DNA from: Octopus sinensis | Taxonomy: Eukaryota | Assembly: GCF_006345805.1 (NCBI RefSeq) | Contig: NC_043020.1 | Span: forward strand, 17,112,001-17,176,000 | Reading direction: 5' to 3' | DNA length: 64,000 bases | Shown here: positions 37,796 to 52,319 of the stretch, piece after piece | How the letters are laid out: the number at the start of each line of letters is the position of its first letter | Numbering within the stretch: position 1 is the first letter of the stretch | Translations under genes and position numbers: made by a program | Notes under the pieces: generated by a model | Databases searched by the model: none | What the model saw: the letters and a program-made list of their open reading frames with translations, nothing else | What the model was told of the DNA's origin: nothing

Positions 37796-40644
37796 AATCA
37801 TGAATGTCAAGACGGTACATTTAGAAAACTAATTTATTTTAGATAAGGGATTTATATTTTACACTCCAACCCCCATTCGTTTTTATTACTGTATCTTTTC
37901 AAACCACATAAAACATCTCTTTTATCATCATTATTATTATTATTACTATCATCATTATTATTATTGTCTTCACTTAGCTTTTGTAATTTCTCTTCTAATA
38001 AAGGCATCATTATTGACTGAAGAAGAAATCTATTAGCTAAATCTTGTTTTTATGTTCTACCATTTGTTCCAAGCTGATACAATGTACTCTACTTATGTCA
38101 CCAGCTTTTCATCCTCATAGCTACCATTCATCATCATCACCAGAACAGACAGTTAACAGTAATTAATGGGGATTCTTTTTACTGCTTTTGTCTCTTCTTC
38201 CTGCGAGGATTAATGTTTTTTTAAAAGAAATTTCTAAGAGAAATCTGAAAAACTAAGTTTCTTTCAAAATGAGTGCTAATTAGTTTATATTTCAAGAATT
38301 ATTTCATAGAATATCTAGTTTAGTTTTGTTTATTTTGTTCTTTTAAATGTAAATCTTACCTGCTTAATTAAATTGAAGTTGGTTTTGTGATGCTTGCCTA
38401 TGTCTTCTCTTCTTTCTTCCCCTCTTTCTCTCCGACACACACTACCGACTAAGTTAACACAGTGATGTTGCTGCAAGTCTTTTATAGATTATTAGACTTT
38501 GGGATTTGGAATAATTGATATATTGAGTCAAGTATAGAAAAATGTCTTGCCTCAGAATGCAATACTGCTCTTGGGGGAGATTTTAAACTATCATTGTGCG
38601 GATTTAGATCCCACTCGCTCCCATACCTTAAACAACTTGGTCACTGTTTCTATGTAAAACCTAATATATTGATTTATTTGTTGTATGTGGATGCAATGAA
38701 GCTGAAGTGAGATCTTTCTTCAGTGAGTCAGCAATCTCTTGATTCCCAGGAAATATTGTATTTAAATGACCAATAAATTAAATCCTCTCTTTTCTTTCTA
38801 TTTCAATCACATTCTATTAGAGATCAATTGACGTATAGCTGTAAGATTTTGACTTCATTTTCCTATAAATTGGAACTGCTTAATCTTCTCTGTCTTCCAA
38901 TAAGATTATTATTTGGTTGTGTGTTAAGAGGTTTGCTTCCCAACCACCTGGTTTTAGGTTCAGTCCCACTGCGTGGCACCTTGGGCAAGTAAATGTCTTC
39001 TACTACAGCTTCAGGCTGACCAAAGCTTTGTGAGTGGATTTGGTAGACGGACACTGAAAGAAGCCTGGTTTATGTGTGAGTGTCTTGTGACTGTGTTTGT
39101 CCCCTACACTACTTGACAACCGGTGTTGGTATGTTTATGTCTGTGTGACTTAGCAGTTCGACAAGTGAGTCTGATAGAATATGTAACAGAACTTCAAAAA
39201 AAAAGTATTGGGGTCAATTCATTTAACTAATATTTTTGGAAGCAGTGCCCCAGCATGGTCTCAGTCTAATAAATACACTGGGTATATCTTTCCAAAATTT
39301 CGATAAAATGTAGTTATGTGGACTTATTGTGTGCATCTAGCGATAACTTTCATATTATGCTTTTGGTGCAAAGTGCACCAAAAGCCAATGTGAGAGTTTC
39401 TCTCATGGTATCTACCACAGTATAGTTTGTTCTAACAGAACATTCATGTTCAAGACGGGATAAATCCTATCTCTCATTACTAATACTGCCTCTGTCACTA
39501 ATGTATAAATAATGTTTAATTTTGTGGCTGTGTGCTAAGAAATTTGCTTCTCAATGACATGGTTCCAAGTTCAGTCCCACTGCATGTCACCTTAGGCAAT
39601 TGTTCTCTTCTACAGCCTAAGGCTGACCAAAGCCTTGTGAGTGTACTTGGCAGATAGAAAATGAAGGAAGCCCCAGTCTCCACCACTTGACAACTAGTGT
39701 TGGTTTGTTCACATCCCTGTAATATAGCAGATCGACAAAAAGAGACTTATAGAATAAAGTACCAGGCTTGAAAAATAAGTACTGGGCTAAATTCATTTGA
39801 CTAAACCTTTCAATGCTCCAGCATGACTGTAGACTAATGAGTGAAACAGGTGAAAAGATAAACCTTAAAATACCTGTTAAAAAGTTGAGGGTTCCAAGGG
39901 TGAATGACCTTTCAAATTGTTTTATGTTTTATGTACAGAAGCATTCTGAAAATTTATACTTATTGTTCTGTCTTGTTTTTTCCTCTCTTCCTGTAACCAG
40001 GCAGCCAGTACTACACTTGGTTTAGTTAATGAACACTGATTCATTTAGTCATAGTAAAATAGCCACAGAAAATTGCTGAAGTATGTTTTGCTTGCTTGCT
40101 TGTTTGGCTTCACTTAATCAACCTGAGTCTTTAGATATACCTTAATTTATTTCTGCAACACTTGTATTTCCCTTGAAAAATCATTGTCCTCTCTACTCAC
40201 AGGGCACTCATGAATTGTACCCAGTTTATATATCAACTAAATCTTTTATTGCAATCCTCCCTCTTCTTCCTCTCTCTCAACTACTATATCACTTGTTACT
40301 GCCTGTCTTTATCACAGACATGTTTATTTTTCTCTTACATATTGGCTATCTGTCTCAAATATGTATACACACACTTTCATTATTTTTCATACATACATTC
40401 TGTCTGCTGTGTGTGTGTGTGTGTGTATGTGATTGTGTACTAAAGGATACGCACTGAACATATGTACTCAGTGACCTATTTTTAGTGTCCAATTGCTGTT
40501 CACTTACATTGATACTGTATGCTTTGAGAAAGGTATGGATATTGCAAATTCATTTCCTCTGCTTAAAATATCTTAGGACTTCATGCTTACTTGACTGAAA
40601 TTGTTGATTTCCAGAATTGTCATGTTTTTACACCCACACACACA

Positions 40645-40686
<42 letters not shown>

Positions 40687-40898
40687 AGTATATATTTGCA
40701 TATGTTTAGAAATAGTTTGGTAGTTTTGTGTTGAACATTTAATATATGGAGCATTAAAAACTTATCTCAAAATAATCATTTGATGACATGAAAAATGAAA
40801 AACAAAACTTAACCAATGACTAATGCTTTAATTTTTCTGGCAAGTATGGGTGACCATTCTGTTAAGTCTTATTCTGACCTCATCAGTAAAGTGTAGGG

Positions 40899-41232
40899 AA
40901 GTGGTTCTCGACCATATTTTTTTTTTATCTATGGACCCCTTTGTTTGCTATTCTATTCTGGTGGATTCCCATAGTCATTTGATGTTTAAAAACTAGCTTT
41001 ATAACTCCTTCTTTCAAAATTTTTATTTTGTTTTTCACACATTAACTTGTATAGGTTGAACTATGTAAAATGTTAGAGAAAGAAACCTAGCTGTTTCTTG
41101 CAATACATACATCCAAAGGAACATTTAATCATGGGACTTTTCAATCCCCAGCTTACTATTTTGCTTGCATGGACTCCCAAAAATCTTGCATGAACCACTG
41201 GATTTCATATGGACTCCAGTTGAGAACTGCTG
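40899..41232. mobile_element. hAT-type MITE (same family as 1468-2131, opposite orientation)
   Basis: agtggttctcgac...gttgagaactgctg; TSD gtgtaggg/atgtaggg. Confidence 0.78.
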
Positions 41233-42694
41233 ATGTAGGGGTTCTCTTGAGCCATGGATTGTATTTCAAAGCTCCTGTAAGAGAAAAAAAATTTGTTTAG
41301 GAAACATTGAACTAGATAAATGGAACAGTGAAAAATGTAGTGTCCTGGCCAAGAAACATAATAATAACAATCTTTTCTACTGAAGGCACAAGGCCTGAAA
41401 TTTTTTGGGGAGGGGTCTAGTCGAATACATTGATCCCCAGAGTTTCACTGGTACTTAATTTATTGACCCCAAAAAGGATGAAAGGCAAAGTTGATCTTGG
41501 CAGAATTTGAACTCAGAACGTAGTGATGGTCAAAATACCACTAAGCATTAAGCCCAGCATGCTAACAATTCTGCCAGCTCACCACCTTCAATAATAATAA
41601 TAATAATAATAACGATAATCCTTTCTACAAAAGTCACAAGGCCTGAAATTTGGAGGAGGGGCTAGTTGATTACACCAGCCCCAGTACTCAACTGGTACTT
41701 AGTTTATCGACCTTGAAAGGATGAAAGGCAAAACCACATAATAATAATAATAATGAAAATCCTTTCTGCTATAGGCACAAGGTCTAAAATTTGGCAGGGT
41801 AGTTGATTACATTCATTCCAGTGTTTCACTGGTACTAAATTTATCGACCCCCAAAAAGATGACATGCAAAGTGGACCTCAATGGAATTTGAACTCAGAAA
41901 TATAGCACTGGGCAAAATACCAATAAGCATTTTGTCCAGTGTGCTAACAGTTCTGCCAGCTTGGCTGCTGTGAATAGGATTGAACTTGGTGACCCATGAA
42001 TTAGTAGTGGTGTTCCACATTTATAAATGGTATGGACTAAAAACAAACAAGAAAAAAAAAACCAGGCAACTTTAAAGCGACACATTCATGTTAGACATTG
42101 TTTATATAACAATTAATATTGTAACTAGGCACAAGGCCACACATTGTGTGGCTGATAGTATTGGCTGGTATTTTTTATTATTGATTACAAAAGAATGACA
42201 AGCAAATCTGAATTCAAAATGTAACGGAATGTAAGAAAATATTGCTAGGCATTTTTTTTATCTGATGGCTGACTCATTTTGCTATACTAATTAAATAAAA
42301 AAAAAATAAATAATAATAATAACTAATGATAATAAATTGCTTGCTTTAAGAATCCTGAATTCTGAATTTCTGTAATTATTTAAAGGTTATCGAAGCAAGG
42401 CAAAAAAAAAAAAAATTATGGAGAACGTATGTCTGTGTGTGTGGAGAGATAGAGGGGATGTCAACCAGATGGACTTGAGTAGTGCTGGCCTTTCTCCATC
42501 TTCTAGTAGGCTGGCTAAAATAGTTCTATATTTAGACTAAGATCTAGGTCAAGTTTACAGTTTGTCTTAACTTACCTTTGTTGATCAAAGTTGAGACATT
42601 TTCCATGCTGGTTAGTAGAGAACAAGTTGCCAGTCAAGTCAGTTGTTTGTAGTCAGCAGTGTACTACACCACAACCATTATTATCAGTGGTGTT

Positions 42695-42725
<31 letters not shown>

Positions 42726-43605
42726 CCCATTCCTTTCACGAAACAATAGTGGGGTCTCTTGTCAAGATGACTATTAGTTTGTTGGAAAATAGATTTGTTT
42801 GTGAATAGAGAGGAGCAGAAGTATAAAAGGTGGTTGTTGTTTAGTGACCCCCAGGTCAACTCTGACTGAACATACATTACTGTCAAAGGCATTCCAGTGT
42901 GACCATCAGTGGGTGGATGCCTGTATGCAGGGGTGGTGGTGGAGTAGGAAGAACTATTATCTTTTTATTTTTAATGACTTGTTCCAGTCATTATATTGCA
43001 GGCCATACTGGAGCAATGCCATGAAGAATTCTGATAGAATGAATAACCCCAGTACTTTATTTTTTTTAAAGCCTGGTACTTCTATTGGTCTCTTTTCTTT
43101 TGCCAAACCTATAAGTTACAGGGACATAAACACACTAACATCGGTTGTCAGACAGTGGTGGGGGACAAGCACAAAGACGCGCACACATATATTCTTAAGT
43201 TCCCATCTATCAAATCCACTCACCAAACTTTGGTCTGCCTGAGGCTATAGTAGAAGACTCTTCCCCAAGGTGCCACACAGTGGGACTGAACCCAGAACCA
43301 TGTGGTTGGGAAGAAAGCTTCTTACCACACAACCATGCCTGTGTTGTAATTAAGACTAAGTCTTGTTAAATACAGTTACCCAGGGTTTCCTAGTTGAAAT
43401 GATTTAATTCACCATTTTTCAAGCTGAGACAAGACTGTTTGTCAGTTGTCTTTTGGGTAGCTTTATTTAACAAGATTTGTGGTTTTTATTATATCATTAT
43501 CTTTACTCTCTTAAATGATTGAGTTCTTTTATACTTGTTGAAGCCTTACCACTTGATTATATATTTTATATAGGCACAGGTGTGGCTGTGTGGTAAGAAG
43601 CTTGC

Positions 43606-43830
43606 GGTGAGCTGGCAGAAACGTTAGCACACCAGGCGAAATGCTTAGCGGTATTTCGCCTGTTGCTACGTTCTTAGTTCAAATTCCGCCGAGGTCAACT
43701 TTGCTTTCATCCTTTCGGGGTCGATAAATTAAGTACCAGTCATGCATTGGGGTTGATGTAATCGACTTAATACCTTTGCCTGTCCTTGTTTGTCCGCTCT
43801 ATGTTCAGCCCCTTGTGGGCAATAAAGAAA
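43606..43830 (+). mobile_element. Family-3 SINE nested in the head of a family-1 SINE
   Basis: 12-bp TSD taagaagcttgc (43594-43605 / 43831-43842). Confidence 0.88.
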
Positions 43831-45249
43831 TAAGAAGCTTGCCTCCTAGCCACATGCTTCTGGGTTCAGTCCCACTGCATGGCACTTGGGCAAGTGTCTT
43901 CTACTATAGCCTTGGTCTGACCAAAACCTTGTGAGTGGATTTGGTAAATGGAAACTGAGAGAAGCCTGTTGTTAATATGTATGTATATATTTATGTGTGT
44001 GTCTTTTGTCTGTGTTTGTCCCCCTCCTCACCATCGCTTGACAACTGATGTTGGTGTGCTTACATCTCTGTAACTTAGTGGTTTGGCAAAAAAGATTGAT
44101 AGAATAAGTACTTACAAAGAATAAGTCCTGGGGTTGATTTCTTTGACTAAAAACCTTTAAGGTGGTGCTCTAGCATGGCTGCAGTCAAATGACTGAAACG
44201 AGTAAAAGAATACACACACGCACACATATACAATGAGCTTCTTTCAGTTTCTCTATACCAAGTCCTCTCACAGGGCTTTGGTCAGCCTGTGGATATAGTA
44301 GAAGACACTTGCCCAAGGTGCCACGCAGTGGGACTGAACTTGAAACTGTGTGGTTGGGTAGAAAACTTCTTATCACACAGTCATGCCTTTGTTACACAGT
44401 TAAACTTCTTGTTTCATTTTAATACATAATAATTTTTAACATAACTGCTTTAATGAATATTTAATTAAGTTTTTTAAAGATCTTTATCTTGAAATCTTCA
44501 ATTAATTTACTGAAAATGTCAACTATTAATAGTAGTAGATATTGGAAAATTGATAATGACTTGATAATGACTGAATTGTATAATTTATAATCAAATTTTG
44601 CTGCTATGAATGTTTATCTATATATATGTGTATTTGTGTATATTTTTATGCACACACATATATGTATCTCTCTTTCTTTCTTTTTTACTTGTTTCAGTCA
44701 TTATGACTGCGGCCATGCTGGAGCACCGCCTTTTTGTCGAGCAAATCGACCCCGGGACTTATTCTTTGTAAGCCCAGTGCTTATTCTATCGGTCTCTTTT
44801 GCCGAACCGCTAAGTGACGGGGACTTAAACACACCAGCATCGGTTGTCAAGCAATGCTAGGGGGACAAACACAGACACACAAACACACACACGTACATAT
44901 ACATATATATATACACATATACGACAGGCTTCTTTCAGTTTCCATCTACCAAATCCACTCACAAGGCATTGGTCGGCCCGGGGCTATAGCAGAAGACATT
45001 TGCCCAAGATGCCATGCAGTGGGACTGAACCCGGAAGCTACTTACCACACAGCCACTCCATAATATGAGTAAAATTGAAAGATTACTGAAGTATTCTGGG
45101 GAGCCAGAAAAGATAATTAGTAGCCCAGCATATGCATATTCAAAAGTAGCTCTGCTTTTATCCAGTTAATTTGCAGTTTAAGTAATAAAAAAAAAACATT
45201 GCATATTTGTTTTGCAAGATTCCTGATGTGAAATTGGGTGTTCAAACAG

Positions 45250-45491
45250 ATATTGTTATAGTTAGGGATGGTCATATTTTTGCCATTTAACCACATGCAT
45301 TATATATAAATTAGTTTTCACTTCCACTTTATTATCAATTTTGTTTTAGTGTCCTTTCTCTGAAACCTTTTGTCACACATCCTGTAACCTCTCCATCCTA
45401 AGTGTCTCCTGTTTTGTTGAGTTCATTCTTTCTGTGGTGTGTATCCTTATCAGATAAGGATAAACACCACAGAAAGATTCCAAAAGACACA

Positions 45492-45524
<33 letters not shown>

Positions 45525-45600
45525 GGTGAAGTGAACATTAAGTTTATTGTATTCGTGGTTAATTGGGCAAAAATATGACCATCCCCAAATATAACAATAT
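45250..45600. mobile_element. Fold-back/MITE-like element with an internal near-perfect hairpin
   Basis: Termini atattgttatag..gggatggtcatatttttgcc / ggcaaaaatatgaccatccc..tataacaatat; internal tctttctgtggtgtgtatccttatc-a-gataaggataaacaccacagaaaga (~45427-45477). Confidence 0.65.
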
Positions 45601-48244
45601 TAAAAAAATAGACTTAGAACAATTTAATTTCCATTGTTTTTAAGTTCACTTTCCAACCACATAGTTATGGGTTCAGTCCCACTGCACAGCACCTTTGAAT
45701 CCCTAAGCCAACCAAAGCACTGTGAGTGTGTTTGTATTTTATTCATGTTTACAAGTTTGTAACTGATGCCACTTGCTTGTATGTAATCCACCATGAAAGC
45801 AGATCTGAGTTTCCTAACATGTTGGGCAATCTTTGTAAACAAAGGCTTATTCAACTAGTGACATTTGTTTCTAGCTCTCCATTCAAAATAGGTCTGTAGT
45901 TTGATAACCTTGGAAAAAAAAGTGGGGTTGCCAACAAAAAGGACATTTGGCCGTAAAGAATCTCATACATGATTTTGTCCTGCCCATGCAATCAAAATGA
46001 TGCTGCAATTAGATCAAATCTTATTTCTAGAAATATAACAAACAAAGGTAGATAAAGGGCCCTTCAGAATAAAAAAAAAAAGAAGAAAAAACATATTAGA
46101 AATCTGTTATTTCCTTTAAAATATATGACAACAAAATCAAATACCATAAAGGGTCTGATCCATTTCAGTACCTTAGAACAGTGCTACTCAAAGTGGTGGT
46201 CCATGGACCTGTGCCGGTCTGCAAGCCATCAGCTGCTGGTATGTTGCTAGTTTCCAGAAAAGAGAGAAATATTATAAAATGCTTATGTAATATTGCATTA
46301 TTTGTTTACAAAATAAATATAAGATGAAAAAAAAATGTCAACTTTTATTATAAATTTGAAATCAGTATTTTTCCATAGTCAGACATGTTTTCCATGGAAG
46401 ACTGGAAATGAACAACCCTGCTTGTATGATGGTGATGCTCATTTACAACCATCACGTGATTTTGAGACAAGGGCACACACACACACACACACACACACGT
46501 GTGCATGTACTTCCTTCAGTTTCTACTTATCAAATCCATTCATAAGGCTTCGATCAACTCAGAGCTATAGTAGAAGACCCTTGCCCAAGGTGCCTTGCAG
46601 TAGGACTGAACCTAAGATCATATTGTTGGGAAGCAAGTTTGGTGTGGCTGTGTGGTAAGAAGCTTGCTTCTCAACCATATGGTTCTGGGTTCAGCCCCAC
46701 TGTGTGGTACTTTGGGCAAGTGTCTTCTACTATAGCCTCGGACTGACCGATGCCTTGTGAATGAATTTGGTAGACAGAAACTGAGGAAATCTGTCCTACA
46801 CACACACACACACACACGTATGTGTGTGTCTTTGTGTCTATGTTTGTCTCCCCATCATTGCTTGACAGCTGATGTTGGTGTGTTTACATCCCCGTAACTT
46901 AGCAGTTCGGCAAATGAGACTGTTAAAATAGACACTAGGCTTACAAAGAATAAGTCCTGGGGTTGATTTCTTTGATTAAAAACACTCTTTAAGACAGTGC
47001 TCCAGTGTGGCCACTGTCAAATGACTGAAACAAGTAAAAGAAGAAAAAGAACAATAATTTATACTGACAAGGTTGTTGAACTGTGTCCTACTTACACATA
47101 TGGAATTTTAATTTCGGATTTGGGTCTGCAATTAATTTATATATTTTTTAATACATGTACATGAATTTGCAGACTCCATCTGAGACGAAGTAAAGTAATT
47201 TTGGATTAATTACTCTAAATTGAATTAGAGGGTTTAGGCAGTTTGATTCCCTGTATTACCACCAATTTAAATTGTTGTATAGTTAAGCCCTTAATGCTAG
47301 CCATTGAAGCTTGGTTTTAAACTCAGATCTTGAGAAAAAATGTTCTACAGAAAGAATATATTTCGAAAAGAAAATTTCAATTTTACTCCTACTTTTAAAG
47401 TTTTCATTGTGGAAGATAAGTGGTTCACTACTTAGCATTATAGAGATAGGTATGCAATGTTAGATCAATTATTTTGGCAAGCTTGGGTGAGACCAGAAGG
47501 ATCCAAAATTTCTGAATTTTCTGGTTTTCTGGAGACACTTTAACCCTTTGATGTTCAAATTTCTCTATTAAATGTAATACTTTTTCACTCAAATTGTTTT
47601 GAATTAATCATGCATTATGTTATAGCTTTGAGGTTTCAATGATATGATTGTTTATTTTTAGAATGTCAATGTAGGTTAGGTGTGATAGGCTAGATATGGC
47701 CAGTTTGAATATCAAACATATAGAATATTTGGGCCGGATATGGCCGGTTTAAACACTAAAGGGTTAAATATATACTTAAAATATAAGTCAGCTATGTAAA
47801 GTAAGAGTGAAATTGTATTTAACAGATGCAAATTAATACACATCTAACGCAGGGTTTGTTTGATATTTGTTAATTCTTAGAATATTTAAAATATCTCATA
47901 CTGAATCAAGTGTACATTCTAATGTCTTTAAGATGAAAATTAAACAAAGGAAAGTAAAGAACATGGCTTTATTTGACAGCTACAAGCCCAAATTAACCCT
48001 TTTGTTACTGTATTTATTTTGAGATGCTCTGTGTTTCTTCCAATAATTTTAAATATAACAAAGAATTTAGTAAAATAACATAGTTATCATTCAGCTAGTG
48101 TTAGGAACATAAATTATGACTAAGATTTGGTGGAAGATATGAATTCAAAACTTATGAAAACAAGACATTTATACTAAAGAACCAGAGCCGGTTTCAGCCG
48201 GGTTGGTAACGAAAGGGTGCACTTCTAAAGCAGAGTGTGTTTAA

Positions 48245-49206
48245 CCCTTTAGCTTTCAGATTATTCTGTCATGGGTAAAGGGTAAAGCCCCTCCTCTCCT
48301 TCAGTCATGAATGACCATAGGATTGTATCTAGAAAGTTCCCCTGCAAGGTACAAATCCAGGCAAAGTTGTTTATAGGAGACTAGCAGTTACCCATGCATA
48401 CCAGCCCCCGTCTCTCCACACTACCACTGTTATCCAAGGGAAAGGCAAAGGCTGATTCAGCTTGGCACCAGTGATTTTGCAAGTTGAAATAAAGTGTCTT
48501 GCTCAAGAACACAACATACAGCCTGGTCCAGGAATCGAATTCATTACCTCATGATTGTGAGTCCAACGCTCTAACCAATGGGCCATGAGCCTTCACTCTG
48601 TCAACTGAAATGCTACTTATTCACATTGTCTTGAATTGATCATGCACTATCTCATAGCTTTTAAGATTTTAATTATGTGATTGTTTCTTATTAGAATGAC
48701 ATGGTAGGATGTGTACAAGAGGCCAGATCTGGCTGGTTTATATATAAAATAGGTAGAATAGGCGCAGGAGTAGCTGTGTGGTAAGTAGCTTGCTAACCAA
48801 CCACATGGTTCCGGGTTCAGTCCCACTGCGTGGCATCTTGGGCAAGTGTCTTCTGCTATAGCCCCGGGCCAACCAAAGCCTTGTGAGTGGATTTGGTAGA
48901 CGGAAACTGAAAGAAGCCTGTCGTATATATATATGTATATGTGTGTGTGTGTATGTTTGTGTGTCTGTGTTTGTCCCCCTAGCATTGCTTGACAACCGGT
49001 GCTGGTATGTTTACGTCCCCGACACTTAGCGGTTCGGCAAAAGAGACCGATAGAATAAGTACTGGGCTTACAAAGAATAAGTCCCGGGGTCGATTTGCTC
49101 GACTAAAGGCGGTGCTCCAGCATGGCCACAGTCAAATGACTGAAACAAGTAAAAGAGTAAAGAGAGAATATTGTGGCCAGATATGGCCAGTTTAAATGCT
49201 AAAGGG
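48245..49206. mobile_element. TTAA MITE family A carrying two nested SINEs (48272-48596 minus, family 4; 48761-49164 plus, family 1)
   Basis: Outer ttaa-ccctttagc...gctaaaggg-ttaa; TSDs tctgtca (48265-48271 / 48597-48603) and agaata (48755-48760 / 49165-49170). A second family-4 copy lies at ~62340-62685. Confidence 0.88.
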
Positions 49207-50463
49207 TTAATCTTTATCACTCCACTTAAGAAAGTAAAAAAAAAACAAGACTATTTTCTTCACACTGTATGCAAATTAACCATCTTCAAAAACAGGGTCT
49301 GTTTACTCAATATACTTATTGTATATTGCACAATATCGCACAGTAAGTATTCCTAGATTTCTGGAATCTGGATAAGAGGTTTGATACCTGTACTATATAT
49401 TTAACCATTTAGCATTTAGATTAATTTATTAAATATAATGCTTATTTATCCATAATTTTAAAATTAACCACGTAGTATCTCATAGCTTCAAGATTTCAGT
49501 GGTGTGCTTGTATATTGTTAGAACAACATTGTCAGGTAGGTGTGAGAGGTTAGGTCTGGTTGGTTTGACCATAAAACAAATAAGAATATTTTAGTTGGAT
49601 ATGGCTGTTTTAAATGTTTTAGCATTCGGATCCACATTTTTAAAAATTAACCATATAATGTCTTGTACCTTCAAGATTTTAAAGATATATTCTTTATTTT
49701 AAAAATAACCATATAATGTCTTGTACCTTCAAGATTTTGAAGATACGATTCTTTATTTCTAGAATAACATTGTAGGGTAAGTGTGACAGGCTGGATCTGG
49801 TCAGTTTCAGTATAAAACAGGTAGAATATCTTGGCTGGATATGGCTGGTTTAAATGTTAAAGGGTTAAATAAAGGGCTACCATATGCCACATTTGCATTT
49901 TCCAATATTGTGCAACTGGGTCCCTCTGACCAAATCTGCACTCTACATCTAAACTGTGCAACCTCTCATTCTCTGCCCCCTCCCTCAAATTATATTATTG
50001 TTATTACCACTACTGCTGTGAGCTCATTGGGATTGTTAGCACAACAGACAAAACGCTTGATGGAATTTCTTCTGGTTCTTTAGGTTCTGAGGTCAACTTT
50101 GCCTTTCTTTTTGGCGCCCATAAAATAAGTACCAGTTGAGCACTAGGGTCAATGTAATTGACTAGCCCTCTCCGCCCAAAATTTCAGGCCTTCTGCCTAT
50201 TGTAGAAAGGATTATTATTAGGTGGCGAGTTGGCAGAGCCGTTAGCACGTCGGGTGAAATCCTTTGCAGCATGTTGTCCGTTGCTACACTCCGAGTTCCA
50301 ATTCCACCAAGGTTGACTTTGCCTTTCATCCTTTGGAGGTCAATGAAAAAGTACCAGACAAGTACTGGGGTTGATGTAATGGACCATCCCCTCCCTCAGT
50401 TTCAGGCCTTGTGCTTATTGTAGAAAAGAAAGGATTATTATTATTATTATTATTATTATTATT

Positions 50464-50906
50464 GAGTGAGAGAGCAGAGCATGCCATCAAAGTGACACTG
50501 GGGTAAAATATATGAAGCCCAGTATACCCATCATGACTACCCGTCTGATAAGGGTACACCAGGCACATGCATCACAACCATATGTGCGCGACATGGTGAT
50601 CTCATATCAAGATAAACAGCACATGACCTTGCAGGTGGAGCCCAGTTAGAATTTTCTTCAGATCGAGTAACCCATCCCGCTCAAAAGGTCCCTGAATAAG
50701 GGTTATTTAAGGACGTTGAACGAAACACCCATGTTTCCAGAGGTGAATTATTCAAACCCCAAAGAATCCCTCTCTACACATGGCTATGATGCTCCCCCAC
50801 TACTTCTGCTCGTGATCAGAGATGCACATATCGTCAGCCACTAAGGGGCATGCTCAACTGGTTAAGGTCAAACAACTGACAAGCAAATCTGTGGTATTGA
50901 GCAGAA
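50464..50906 (-). mobile_element. GC-richer insertion embedded in a (TAA)n tract; probable non-LTR retroelement 3' end
   Basis: ~440 bp of complex sequence flanked on both sides by (TTA)n (50433-50463 and 50906-50924). No diagnostic ORF read; strand inferred from the tail. Confidence 0.45.
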
Positions 50907-51308
50907 TTATTATTATTATTATTATCAAGCAATAAGTAGAGCACAATATAACTTGTAATAAACAGAGATTGATTCTGTTTATTGAATTGCACAATATTTC
51001 AACATTATGTCTTTCTCCCCCAGGTTCAAGATGAAAAAGGAACTTGAGGAAAATAGATATACTATTGAAATATTGTTCAATTCAATATACAGAGCTAATC
51101 TCTGTTTATTACAAATCATACCACACTCTTCTTATTGGTTATTTACCTTCACGAAGAGTTACATCAATGTTCATGAATTATTATTACTAGCAGAATGTTC
51201 CAGTATTGCCCTGGTTACTGTTGTTCTTACTTAGATTAGTAAACAATAAATATAAAGGATATATTCTCATAATTTTTTCAAAATATCAAACTCTGCTTTA
51301 TATATATA

Positions 51309-51607
51309 CTAGCAGTATTGCCTGGCATTGCTCGGGTTTGTAAGGGAAATAACTATATAAGCATTTTTAGAGAGTTACTTCTCTTATATAATAGCAGAAA
51401 ATGCATTAAAAATGGGAAAAAATGATGGTAAATTCTTTTTTAAATCGTAGACTCATCGTAGACGTGTGCTAATACCCAGAAGGGCTCGATATGAATCACG
51501 ACTATAAGATACCCGCTTTTGGTTAAACTGCACCGCAAAATGTGGGAGTAGTTAGGAATCTAAATGGTAGGAGACAGACACTCACACAACTTCACTTTTA
51601 TATATAA

Positions 51608-51610
<3 letters not shown>
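51309..51610 (-). mobile_element. Non-autonomous Helitron
   Basis: Minus strand A|TCTTTATATATAAAAG...cccgagcaatgccagg (imperfect hairpin)-caatactgCTAG|T: 5' TC, 3' CTAG, A-T insertion site, no TSD. Confidence 0.82.
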
Positions 51611-51659
<49 letters not shown>

Positions 51660-52104
51660 ACGGCAGTGAGCTGGCAAAATTGTTAGCACGTTGGGCGAAA
51701 TACTTAGTGGTATTTGGTCTCCCGCTACATTCTGAGTTCAAATTTCTCCGAGGTTGACTTTGCCTTTCATTCTTTTGGGAGTCGATAAACTAAGTACCAG
51801 TTATGCACTAGTTGCATACTGGGAGGTGGGGGAGGAGTCGATGTAGTCAACTAGCCCCTCCCCCGAATTTCAGGTCTTGTGCTTATAGTAGAAAGGATTA
51901 TTATTATTATTATAGAAAAAGATGTACCAGTGAAATACTGGTAATTAAACCCATCCCTGAAATTGCTGACCTTGTGTCAATATGTGAGATCATCATCATC
52001 ATCATCATTATTATTATTATATTATTATTATTATTATTATTATCATCATTATCATTATTATTATTCAATAAAGAAGAAATAACCATTATTTTTTTTACTC
52101 TTAG

Positions 52105-52179
52105 GTGGGCTTGTGAGGATTTCCCAGATTTGAAAGAAGTTTTGGAGAACCAAATTCTACAGGACTATGACTCTAAAAG
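52105..52179 (+). CDS. DOT1L: DOT1L coding exon (first identified here; 75 nt, phase 2/2)
   Basis: tttttttactcttag|G TGG GCT TGT...TCT AAA AG|gtaagg. Encodes (R)WACEDFPDLKEVLENQILQDYDSK(S), homologous to human DOT1L [26 protein letters not shown]. Confidence 0.95.
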
Positions 52180-52274
52180 GTAAGGTATTTTTGTATGTAT
52201 GTATGTATGTATATCTTCATTGTATTATTAACATGTTTTTTTCTTTTAGCTTTGTTTGGTGTGCATAGTTTAGT

Positions 52275-52319
<45 letters not shown>

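Noticed and set aside
51024-51234. Good-looking acceptor (ctttctcccccag) as the missing upstream DOT1L exon
   Set aside because: No frame resembles the expected D..HEIIETIR peptide, the phase-0 frame stops after 7 codons, and no suitable donor follows.
51812-52183. ORF-track products 51812-52183, 55053-55376, 57991-58314 and 61781-61972 as complete genes
   Set aside because: Only the internal splice-site-bounded parts match DOT1L; the rest is intronic read-through.
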